From Eledone cirrhosa (Eukaryota): 64,000 nucleotides of DNA. Under the pieces are notes generated by a model. That model was given only the letters and a program-made list of their open reading frames with translations, had not been told where the DNA came from and searched no databases. Location of the stretch: the NCBI GenBank assembly GCA_964016885.1, contig OZ024744.1, positions 121,892,001-121,956,000 of the forward strand, in the 5' to 3' direction. Below, piece by piece: positions 1 to 13,800 of this stretch (positions within the stretch are counted from its first letter, which is position 1; every line of letters begins with the position of its first letter). Position numbers and translations under genes: made by a program.

Positions 1-13
1 CTACCTCTATTCC

Positions 14-103
14 TCTCACCCAGTCACTTTTATCCTTCCTCAACACATGACCCAACCATCTCACACTATCTCTCTTCACAACATCCATCACTACCTCTAT
101 TCC
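14..103 (-). mobile_element. Representative monomer in retroelement phase: probable fragment of an RTE-clade non-LTR retrotransposon ORF2 (region C-terminal to the RT domain)
   Basis: The reverse complement of 14-103 reads GGA ATA GAG GTA GTG ATG GAT GTT GTG AAG AGA GAT AGT GTG AGA TGG TTG GGT CAT GTG TTG AGG AAG GAT AAA AGT GAC TGG GTG AGA = GIEVVMDVVKRDSVRWLGHVLRKDKSDWVR. RWLGHVLR matches the RW[FLY]GHVxR motif that precedes the G-x-R-x-R-G-R-P motif in RTE-type ORF2 proteins. Recognised from memory of the family, not by search. Confidence 0.75.
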
Positions 104-1049
104 TCTCAGCCAGTCACATTTATCTTTCCTCAACACATGACCCAACCATCTCACACTATCTCTCTTCACAACATACATCACTACCTCTATTCCTCTCACC
201 CAGTCACTTTCATACTTCCTCAACACATGACCCAACCATCTCACACTATCTCTCTTCACAACATCCATCACTACCTCTGTTCCTCTCACCCAGTCACTTT
301 TATCCTTCCTCAACACATGACCCAACAATCTCACACTATCTCTCTTCACAACATCCATCACTACCTCTATTCCTCTCACCCAGTCACTTTCATACTTCCT
401 CAACACATGACCCAACCCTCTAACACTATCTCTCTTCACAACATCCATCACTACCTCTATTCCTCTCACACAGTCACATTCATACTGCCTCAACACATGA
501 CCCAACCATCTCACACTATCTCTCTTCACAACATCCATCACTATTTCTATTCCTCTCACCTAGTCACTTTTATCCTTCCTCAACACATGACCCAACAATC
601 TCACACTATCTCTCTTCACAACATCCATTATTACCTCTGTTCCTCTCACCCAGTCACTTTCATACTTCCTCAACACATGACCCAACCATCTCACACTATC
701 TCTCTTCACAACATCCATCACTACCTCAATTTCTCTCACCCAGTCACTTTTATCCTTCCTCAACACATGACCCAACCATCTCACACTATCTCTCTTCACA
801 ACATCCATCACTACCTCTATTCCTCTCACCCAGTCACTTTCACACTTCCTCAACACATGAGCCAACCATCTAACACTATCTCTCTTCACAACATCCATCA
901 CTACCTCTATTCCTCTCACCCAGTCACTTTTATCCTTCCTCAACACATGACACAACCATGTCACACTATCTCTCTTCACAACATCCATCACTACCTCTAT
1001 TGCTCTTACCCAGTCACTTTCATACTTCCTGAACACATGACCCAACCAT

Positions 1050-4000
1050 CTCACACTATCTCTCTTCACAACATCCATCACTACCTCTATTCCTCTCACC
1101 CAGTCACTTTTATCCTTCCTCAACACATGACCCAACCATCTCACACTATCTCTCTTCACAACATCCATCACTACCTCTATTCCTCTCAGCCAGTCACATT
1201 TATCTTTCCTCAACACATGACCCAACCATCTCACACTATCTCTCTTCACAACATACATCACTACCTCTATTCCTCTCACCCAGTCACTTTCATACTTCCT
1301 CAACACATGACCCAACCATCTCACACTATCTCTCTTCACAACATCCATCACTACCTCTGTTCCTCTCACCCAGTCACTTTTATCCTTCCTCAACACATGA
1401 CCCAACCATTCTCACACTATCTATCTTCACAACATCCATCACTACATCTAATCCTCTCACCCAGTCACTTTTATACTTTTTCAACACATGACCCAACCAT
1501 CTCACACTATCTCTCTTCACAACATCCATCACTACATCTATTCCTCTCACACTGTCACTTTCATACTTCCTCAACACATGACCCAACCATCTCACACTAT
1601 CTCTCTTCACAACATACATCACTACCTCTATTCCTCTCACCCAGTCAATTTTATCCTTCCTCAACACATGACCTAACCATCTCACACTATCTCTCTTCAC
1701 AACATCCATCACTACCTCCATTCCTCTCAGCCAGTCACTTTTATCCTTCCTCAACACATGAACCAACCATCTCACACTATCTCTCATCACAACAACCATC
1801 ACTACCTCTATTCCTCTCACCCAGTTACTTTTATCCTTCCTCAACACATGACCCAGCCATCTCACACTATCTCTCTTCACAACATCCATCATTACTTCTG
1901 TTCCTCTCATCCAGTCACTTTCATACTTCCTCAACACATGACCCAACCATCTCACACTATCTCTATTCACAACATCCATCACTACCTCTATTCCTCTCAC
2001 CCAGTCACTTTCATACTTCCTCAACACATGACCCAACCATCTCACACTATCTCTCTTCACAACATCCATCACTACCTCTGTTCCTCTCACCCAGTCACTT
2101 TTATCCTTCCTCAACACATGACCCAACCATCTAACACTATCTCTCTTCACAACATTTCATCACTACCTTCATTCCTCTCAGCCAGTCACTTTTATCCTTC
2201 CTCAACACATGACCCAACCATCTCACACTATCTCTCTTCACAACATCCATCACTACCTCTATTCCTCTCACCCAGTCACTTTCATACTTTCTCAACACAT
2301 GAGCCAACCATCTCACACTATCTCTCTTCACAACATCCATCACTACCTCTATTCCTCTCACCCAGTCACTTTTATCCTTCCTCAACATATGACCCAACCA
2401 TCTCACACTATCTCTCTTCACAACATCCATCACTACCTCTATTGCTCTTACCCAGTCACTTTCATACTTCCTGAACACATGACCCAACCATCTCACACTA
2501 TCTCTCTTCACAACATCCATCACTACCTCTATTCCTCTCACCCAGTCACTTTTATCCTTCCTCAACACATGACCCAACCATCTCACACTATCTCTCTTCA
2601 CAACATCCATCACTACCTCTATTCCTCTCAGCCAGTCACATTTATCCTTCCTCAACACATGACCCAACCATCTCACACTATCTCTCTTCACAACATACAT
2701 CACTACCTCTATTCCTCTCACCCAGTCACTTTCATACTTCCTCAACACATGACCCAACCATCTCACACTATCTCTCTTCACAACATCCATCACTACCTCT
2801 GTTCCTCTCACCCAGTCACTTTTATACTTTTTCAACACATGACACAACCATCTCACACTATCTCTCTTCACAACATCCATCACTACATCTATTCCTCTCA
2901 CACTGTCACTTTCATACTTCCTCAACACATGACCCAACCATCTCACACTATCTCTCTTCACAACATACATCACTACCTCTATTCCTCTCACCCAGTCACT
3001 TTTATCCTTCCTCAACACATGACCTAACCATCTCACACTATCTCTCTTCACAACATCCATCACTACCTCCATTCCTCTCAGCCAGTCACTTTTATCCTTC
3101 CTCAACACATGAACCAACCATCTCACACTATCTCTCTTCACAACATCCATCACTGCCTCTATTCCTCTCACCCAGTCACATTCTAACTTCTTCAACACAT
3201 GACCCAACCATCTCACACTATCTCTCTTCACAACATCCATCACTACCTCTATTCCTCTCACACAGTCACATTCATACTGCCTCAACACATGACCCAACCA
3301 TCTCACACTATCTCTCTTCACAACATCCATCACTACTTCTATTCCTCTCACCCAGTCACTTTTATCCTTCCTCAACACATGACCCAACCATCTCACACTA
3401 TCTCTCTTCACAACAACCATCACTACCTCTATTCCTCTAACCCAGTTACTTTTATCCTTCCTCAACACATGACCCAACAATCTCACACTATCTCTCTTCA
3501 CAACATCCATCACTACCTCTATTCCTCTCACCCAGTCACTTTTATCCTTCCTCAACACATGACCCAACCATCTCACACTATCTCTCTTCACAACATCCAT
3601 CACTACCTCTATTCCTCTCAGCCAGTCACATTTATCTTTCCTCAACACATGACCCAACCATCTCACACTATCTCTCTTCACAACATACATCACTACCTCT
3701 ATTCCTCTCACCCAGTCACTTTCATACTTCCTCAACACATGACCCAACCATCTCACACTATCTCTCTTCACAACATCCATCACTACCTCTGTTCCTCTCA
3801 CCCAGTCACTTTTATCCTTCCTCAACACATGACCCAACCATTCTCACACTATCTATCTTCACAACATCCATCACTACATCTAATCCTCTCACCCAGTCAC
3901 TTTTATACTTTTTCAACACATGACCCAACCATCTCACACTATCTCTCTTCACAACATCCATCACTACATCTATTCCTCTCACACTGTCACTTTCATACTT

Positions 4001-4870
4001 CCTCAACACATGACCCAACCATCTCACACTATCTCTCTTCACAACATACATCACTACCTCTATTCCTCTCACCCAGTCAATTTTATCCTTCCTCAACACA
4101 TGACCTAACCATCTCACACTATCTCTCTTCACAACATCCATCACTACCTCCATTCCTCTCAGCCAGTCACTTTTATCCTTCCTCAACATATGAACCAACC
4201 ATCTCACACTATCTCTCATCACAACAACCATCACTACCTCTATTCCTCTCACCCAGTTACTTTTATCCTTCCTCAACACATGACCCAACCATCTCACACT
4301 ATCTCTCTTCACAACATCCATCATTACTTCTGTTCCTCTCATCCAGTCACTTTCATACTTCCTCAACACATGACCCAACCATCTCACACTATCTCTATTC
4401 ACAACATCCATCACTACCTCTATTCCTCTCACCCAGTCACTTTCATACTTCCTCAACACATGACCCAACCATCTCACACTATCTCTCTTCACAACATCCA
4501 TCACTACCTCTGTTCCTCTCACCCAGTCACTTTTATCCTTCCTCAACACATGACCCAACCATCTAACACTATCTCTCTTCACAACATTTCATCACTACCT
4601 TCATTCCTCTCAGCCAGTCACTTTTATCCTTCCTCAACACATGACCCAACCATCTCACACTATCTCTCTTCACAACATCCATCACTACCTCTATTCCTCT
4701 CACCCAGTCACTTTCATACTTTCTCAACACATGAGCCAACCATCTCACACTATCTCTCTTCACAACATCCATCACTACCTCTATTCCTCTCACCCAGTCA
4801 CTTTTATCCTTCCTCAACATATGACCCAACCATCTCACACTATCTCTCTTCACAACATCCATCACTACCT
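1050..4870. repeat. Higher-order duplication: ~1050-2440 repeated at ~3482-4872 (offset 2432 = 27 monomers + 2 bp)
   Basis: Near-identical ORFs 1380..2150 and 3812..4582. The marker CCCAACCATTCTCACACTATCTATC is at 1401 and 3833, with a third partial copy at 6535. Confidence 0.85.
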
Positions 4871-7800
4871 CTATTCCTCTCACCCAGTCACTTTTATCCT
4901 TCCTCAACACATGACCCAACCATCTCACACTATCTCTCTTCACAACATCCATCACTACCTCTATTCCTCTCAGCCAGTCACATTTATCCTTCCTCAACAC
5001 ATGACCCAACCATCTCACACTATCTCTCTTCACAACATACATCACTACCTCTATTCCTCTCACCCAGTCACTTTCATACTTCCTCAACACATGACCCAAC
5101 CATCTCACACTATCTCTCTTCACAACATCCATCACTACCTCTGTTCCTCTCACCCAGTCACTTTTATACTTTTTCAACACATGACCCAACCATCTCACAC
5201 TATCTCTCTTCACAACATCCATCACTACATCTATTCCTCTCACACTGTCACTTTCATACTTCCTCAACACATGACCCAACCATCTCACACTATCTCTCTT
5301 CACAACATACATCACTACCTCTATTCCTCTCACCCAGTCACTTTTATCCTTCCTCAACACATGACCCAACCATCTCACACTATCTCTCTTCACAACATCC
5401 ATCACTACCTCTATTCCTCTCAGCCAGTCACATTTATCCTTCCTCAACACATGACCCAACCATCTCACACTATCTCTCTTCACAACATACATCACTACCT
5501 CTATTCCTCTCACCCAGTCACTTTCATACTTCCTCAACACATGACCCAACCCTCTAACACTATCTCTCTTCACAACATCCATCACTACCTCTATTCCTCT
5601 CACACAGTCACATTCATACTGCCTCAACACATGACCCAACCATCTCACACTATCTCTCTTCACAACATCCATCACTATTTCTATTCCTCTCACCTAGTCA
5701 CTTTTATCCTTCCTCAACACATGACCCAACCATCTCACACTATCTCTTTTCACAACAACCATCACTACCTCTATTCCTCTAACCCAGTTACTTTTATCCT
5801 TCCTCAACACATGACCCAACAATCTCACACTATCTCTCTTCACAACATCCATTATTACCTCTGTTCCTCTCACCCAGTCACTTTCATACTTCCTCAACAC
5901 ATGACCCAACCATCTCACACTATCTCTCTTCACAACATCCATCACTACCTCAATTTCTCTCACCCAGTCACTTTTATCCTTCCTCAACACATGACCCAAC
6001 CATCTCACACTATCTCTCTTCACAACATCCATCACTACCTCTATTCCTCTCACCCAGTCACTTTCACACTTCCTCAACACATGAGCCAACCATCTAACAC
6101 TATCTCTCTTCACAACATCCATCACTACCTCTATTCCTCTCACCCAGTCACTTTTATCCTTCCTCAACACATGACACAACCATGTCACACTATCTCTCTT
6201 CACAACATCCATCACTACCTCTATTGCTCTTACCCAGTCACTTTCATACTTCCTGAACACATGACCCAACCATCTCACACTATCTCTCTTCACAACATCC
6301 ATCACTACCTCTATTCCTCTCACCCAGTCACTTTTATCCTTCCTCAACACATGACCCAACCATCTCACACTATCTCTCTTCACAACATCCATCACTACCT
6401 CTATTCCTCTCACCCAGTCACTTTCATACTTCCTCAACACATGACCCAACCATCTCACACTATCTCTCTTCACAACATCCATCACTACCTCTGTTCCTCT
6501 CACCCAGTCACTTTTATCCTTCCTCAACACATGACCCAACCATTCTCACACTATCTATCTTCACAACATCCATCACTACATCTAATCCTCTCACCCAGTC
6601 ACTTTTATACTTTTTTAACACATGACCCAACCATCTCACACTATCTCTCTTCACAACATCCATCACTACATCTATTCCTCTCACACTGTCACTTTCATAC
6701 TTCCTCAACACATGACCCAACCATCTCACACTATCTCTCTTCACAACATACATCACTACCTCTATTCCTCTCACCCAGTCAATTTTATCCTTCCTCAACA
6801 CATGACCTAACCATCTAACACTATCTCTCTTCACAACATTTCATCACTACCTTCATTCCTCTCAGCCAGTCACTTTTATCCTTCCTCAACACATGACCCA
6901 ACCATCTCACACTATCTCTCTTCACAACATCCATCACTACCTCTATTCCTCTCACCCAGTCACTTTCATACTTTCTCAACACATGAGCCAACCATCTCAC
7001 ACTATCTCTCTTCACCACATCCATCACTACCTCTATTCCTCTCACCCAGTCACTTTTATCCTTCCTCAACATATGACCCAACCATCTCACACTATCTCTC
7101 TTCACAACATCCATCACTACCTCTATTGCTCTTACCCAGTCACTTTCATACTTCCTGAACACATGACCCAACCATCTCACACTATCTCTCTTCACAACAT
7201 CCATCACTACCTCTATTCCTCTCACCCAGTCACTTTTATCCTTCCTCAACACATGACCCAACCATCTCACACTATCTCTCTTCACAACATCCATCACTAC
7301 CTCTATTCCTCTCAGCCAGTCACATTTATCCTTCCTCAACACATGACCCAACCATCTCACACTATCTCTCTTCACAACATACATCACTACCTCTATTCCT
7401 CTCACCCAGTCACTTTCATACTTCCTCAACACATGACCCAACCATCTCACACTATCTCTCTTCACAACATCCATCACTACCTCTGTTCCTCTCACCCAGT
7501 CACTTTTATACTTTTTCAACACATGACCCAACCATCTCACACTATCTCTCTTCACAACATCCATCACTACATCTATTCCTCTCACACTGTCACTTTCATA
7601 CTTCCTCAACACATGACCCAACCATCTCACACTCTCTCTCTTCACAACATACATCACTACCTCTATTCCTCTCACCCAGTCACTTTTATCCTTCCTCAAC
7701 AGATGACCTAACCATCTCACACTATCTCTCTTCACAACATCCATCACTACCTCCATTCCTCTCAGCCAGTCACTTTTATCCTTCCTCAACACATGACCCA

Positions 7801-10800
7801 ACCATCTCACACTATCTCTCTTCACAACAACCATCACTACCTCTGTTCCTCTCACCCAGTCACTTTCATACTTCCTCAACACATGACCCAACCATCTCAC
7901 ACTATCTCTCTTCACAACATCCATCACTACCTCAATTTCTCTCACCCAGTCACTTTTATCCTTCCTCAACACATGACCCAACCATCTCACACTATCTCTC
8001 TTCACAACATCCATCACTACCTCTATTCCTCTCACCCAGTCACTTTCATACTTCCTCAACACATGAGCCAACCATCTAACACTATCTCTCTTCACAACAT
8101 CCATCACTACCTCTATTCCTCTCACCCAGTCACTTTTATCCCTCCTCAACACATGACCCAACCATCTCACACTATCTCTCTTCACAACATCCATCACTAC
8201 CTCTATTGCTCTTACCCAGTCACTTTCATACTTCCTGAACACATGACCCAACCATCTCACACTATCTCTCTTCACAACATCCATCACTACCTCTATTCCT
8301 CTCACCCAGTCACTTTTAACCTTCCTCAAAACATGACCCAACCATCTCACACTATCTCTCTTCACAACATCCATCACTACCTCTATTCCTATCACACCGT
8401 CACTTTTATACTTCCTCAACACAGGACCCAACCATCTCACACTATCTCTCTTCACAACATCCATCACTACCTCTGTTCCTCTCACCCAGTCACATTCATA
8501 CATCCTCAACACATGACCCACACATCTCAAACTATCTCTCTTTACAACATCCATCACTACCTCAATTTCTCTCACCCAGTCACTTTTATCCTTCCTCAAC
8601 ACATGACCCAACCATCTCACACTATCTCTCTTCACAACATCCATCACTACCTCTATTCTTCTCACCCAGTCACTTTTATCCTTCCTCAACACATGACCCA
8701 ACCATCTCACACTATCTCTCATCACAACAACCATCACTACCTCTATTCCTCTCACCCAGTTACTTTTATCCTTCCTCAACACATGACCCAACCATCTCAC
8801 ACTATCTCTCTTCACAACATCCATCATTACTTCTGTTCCTCTCATCCAGTGACTTTCATACTTCCTCAACACATGACCTAACCATCTCACACTATCTCTC
8901 TTCAAAACATCCATCACTACCACTATTCCTCTCACCCAGTCACTTTTATCCCTCCTCAACACATGACCCAACCATCTCACACTATCTCTCTTCACAACAT
9001 CCATCACTACCTCTATTCCTCTCACCCAGTCACTTTCATACTTCCTCAACACATGACCCAACCATCTCACACTATCTCTCTTCACAACATCCATCACTAC
9101 CTCTGTTCCTCTCACCCAGTCACTTTTATCCTTCCTCAACACATGACCCAACCATCTAACACTATCTCTCTTCACAACATTTCATCACTACCTTCATTCC
9201 TCTCAGCCAGTCACTTTTATCCTTCCTCAACACATGACCCACCATCTCACACTATCTCTCTTCACAACATCCATCACTACCTCTATTCCTCTCACCCAGT
9301 CACTTTCATACTTCCTCAACACATGAGCCAACCATCTCACCTCTATCTCTCTTCACAACATCCATCACTACCTCTATTCCTCTCACCCAGTCACTTTTAT
9401 CCTTCCTCAACACATGACCCAACCATCCCACACTATCTCTCTTCACAACATCCATCACTACCTCTATTGCTCTTACCCACTCACTTTCATACTTCCTGAA
9501 CACATGACCCAACCATCTCACACTATCTCTCTTCACAACATCCATCACTACCTCTATTCCTCTCACCCAGTCACTTTTAACCTTCCTCAACACATGACCC
9601 AACCATCTCACACTATCTCTCTTCACAACATCCATCACTACCTCTATTCCTATCACACAGTCACTTTTATACTTCCTCAACACAGGACCTAACCATCTCA
9701 CACTATCTCTCTTCACAACATCCATCACTACCTCTGTTCCTCTCACCCAGTCACATTCATACATCCTCAACACATGACCCACACATCTCAAACTATCTCT
9801 CTTCACAAGATCCATCACTACCTCTATTCCTCTCACCCAGTCACTTTCATACTTCCTCAACACATGACCCAACCATCCCACACTATCTCTCTTCACCACA
9901 TACATCACTACCTCTATTCCTCTCACCCAGGCACTTTCATACTTCCTCAACACATGACCCAACCATCTCACACTATCTCTCTTCACAACATCCATCACCA
10001 CCTCTGCTCCTCTCACCCAGTCACATTTATCCTGCCTCAACACATGACCCAACCATCTCACACTATCTCTCTTCACAACATCCATCACTACCTCAATTTC
10101 TCTCACCCAGTCACTTTTATCCTTCCTCAACACATGACCCAACCATCTCACACTATCTCTCTTCACAACATCCATCACTACCTCTATTCTTCTCACCCAG
10201 TCACTTTTATCCTTCCTCAACACATGACCCAACCATCTCACACTATCTCTCATCACAACAACCATCACTACATCTGTTCCTCTCATCCAGTGACTTTCAT
10301 ACTTCCTCAACACATGACCTAACCATCTCACACTATCTCTCTTCACAACATCCATCACTACCACTATTCCTCTCACCCAGTCACTTTTATCCCTCCTCAA
10401 CACATGACCCAACCATCTCACACTATCTCTCTTCACAACATCCATCACTACCTCTATTCCTCTCACCCAGTCACTTTCATACTTCCTCAACACATGACCC
10501 AACCATCTCACACTATCTCTCTTCACAACATCCATCACTACATCTGTTCCTCTCACCCAGTAACTTTTATCCTTCCTCAACACATGACCCAACCATCTAA
10601 CACTATCTCTCTTCACAACATTTCATCACTACCTTCATTCCTCTCAGCCAGTAACTTTTATCCTTCCTCAACACATGACCCAACCATCTCACACTATCTC
10701 TCTTCACAACATCCATCACTACCTCTATTCCTCTCACCCAGTCACTTTCATACTTCCTCAACACATGACCCAACCATCTCACACTATCTCTCTTCACAAC

Positions 10801-13800
10801 ATCCATCACTACCTCTATTCCTCTCACCCAGTCACTTTTATCCTTCCTCAACACATGAACCAACCATCTCACACTATCTCTCATCACAACAACCATCACT
10901 ACCTCTATTCCTCTCACCCAGTTACTTTTATCCTTCCTCAACACATGACCCAGCCATCTCACACTATCTCTCTTCACAACATCCATCATTACTTCTGTTC
11001 CTCTCATCCAGTCACTTTCATACTTCCTCAACACATGACCCAACCATCTCACACTATCTCTATTCACAACATCCATCACTACCTCTATTCCTCTCACCCA
11101 GTCACTTTCATACTTCCTCAACACATGACCCAACCATCTCACACTATCTCTCTTCACAACATCCATCACTACCTCTGTTCCTCTCACCCAGTCACTTTTA
11201 TCCTTCCTCAACACATGACCCAACCATCTAACACTATCTCTCTTCACAACATTTCATCACTACCTTCATTCCTCTCAGCCAGTCACTTTTATCCTTCCTC
11301 AACACATGACCCAACCATCTCACACTATCTCTCTTCACAACATCCATCACTACCTCTATTCCTCTCACCCAGTCACTTTCATACTTTCTCAACACATGAG
11401 CCAACCATCTCACACTATCTCTCTTCACCACATCCATCACTACCTCTATTCCTCTCACCCAGTCACTTTTATCCTTCCTCAACATATGACCCAACCATCT
11501 CACACTATCTCTCTTCACAACATCCATCACTACCTCTATTGCTCTTACCCAGTCACTTTCATACTTCCTGAACACATGACCCAACCATCTCACACTATCT
11601 CTCTTCACAACATCCATCACTACCTCTATTCCTCTCACCCAGTCACTTTTATCCTTCCTCAACACATGACCCAACCATCTCACACTATCTCTCTTCACAA
11701 CATCCATCACTACCTCTATTCCTCTCAGCCAGTCACATTTATCCTTCCTCAACACATGACCCAACCATCTCACACTATCTCTCTTCACAACATACATCAC
11801 TACCTCTATTCCTCTCACCCAGTCACTTTCATACTTCCTCAACACATGACCCAACCATCTCACACTATCTCTCTTCACAACATCCATCACTACCTCTGTT
11901 CCTCTCACCCAGTCACTTTTATACTTTTTCAACACATGACCCAACCATCTCACACTATCTCTCTTCACAACATCCATCACTACATCTATTCCTCTCACAC
12001 TGTCACTTTCATACTTCCTCAACACATGACCCAACCATCTCACACTCTCTCTCTTCACAACATACATCACTACCTCTATTCCTCTCACCCAGTCACTTTT
12101 ATCCTTCCTCAACACATGACCTAACCATCTCACACTATCTCTCTTCACAACATCCATCACTACCTCCATTCCTCTCAGCCAGTCACTTTTATCCTTCCTC
12201 AACACATGAACCAACCATCTCACACTATCTCTCTTCACAACATCCATCACTGCCTCTATTCCTCTCACCCAGTCACATTCTAACTTCTTCAACACATGAC
12301 CCAACCATCTCACACTATCTCTCTTCACAACATCCATCACTACCTCTATTCCTCTCACACAGTCACATTCATACTGCCTCAACACATGACCCAACCATCT
12401 CACACTATCTCTCTTCACAACATCCATCACTACTTCTATTCCTCTCACCCAGTCACTTTTATCCTTCCTCAACACATGACCCAACCATCTCACACTATCT
12501 CTCTTCACAACAACCATCACTACCTCTATTCCTCTAACCCAGTTACTTTTATCCTTCCTCAACACATGACCCAACAATCTCACACTATCTCTCTTCACAA
12601 CATCCATTATTACCTCTGTTCCTCTCACCCAGTCACTTTCATACTTCCTCAACACATGACCCAACCATCTCACACTATCTCTCTTCACAACATCCATCAC
12701 TACCTCAATTTCTCTCACCCAGTCACTTTTATCCTTCCTCAACACATGACCCAACCATTTCACACTATCTCTCTTCACAACATCCATCACTACCTCTATT
12801 CCTCTCACCCAGTCACTTTCATACTTCCTCAACACATGAGCCAACCATCTAACACTATCTCTCTTCACAACATCCATCACTACCTCTATTCCTCTCACCC
12901 AGTCACTTTTATCCCTCCTCAACACATGACCCAACCATCTCACACTATCTCTCTTCACAACATCCATCACTACCTCTATTGCTCTTACCCAGTCACTTTC
13001 ATACTTCCTGAACACATGACCCAACCATCTCACACTATCTCTCTTCACAACATCCATCACTACCTCTATTCCTCTCACCCAGTCACTTTTAACCTTCCTC
13101 AAAACATGACCCAACCATCTCACACTATCTCTCTTCACAACATCCATCACTACCTCTATTCCTATCACACAGTCACTTTTATACTTCCTCAACACAGGAC
13201 CCAACCATCTCACACTATCTCTCTTCACAACATCCATCACTACCTCTGTTCCTCTCACCCAGTCACATTCATACATCCTCAACACATGACCCACACATCT
13301 CAAACTATCTCTCTTCACAACATCCATCACTACCTCAATTTCTCTCACCCAGTCACTTTTATCCTTCCTCAACACATGACCCAACCATCTCACACTATCT
13401 CTCTTCACAACATCCATCACTACCTCTATTCTTCTCACCCAGTCACTTTTATCCTTCCTCAACACATGACCCAACCATCTCACACTATCTCTCATCACAA
13501 CAACCATCACTACCTCTATTCCTCTCACCCAGTTACTTTTATCCTTCCTCAACACATGACCCAACCATCTCACACTATCTCTCTTCACAACATCCATCAT
13601 TACTTCTGTTCCTCTCATCCAGTGACTTTCATACTTCCTCAACACATGACCCAACCATCTCACACTATCTCTCTTCACAACATCCATCACTACCTCTATT
13701 CCTCTCACCCAGTCACTTTCATACTTCCTCAACACATGACCCAACCATCTCACACTATCTCTCTTCACAACATCCATCACTACCTCTATTCCTCTCACCC

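Noticed and set aside
47-136. Internal ~30-bp sub-repeat origin of the monomer (CTATCTCTCTTCAC / CTATTCCTCTCAC / TATCCTTCCTCAAC)
   Set aside because: The spacing is irregular (about 31, 24 and 35 bp), and the similarity is explainable by the C/T-rich composition.
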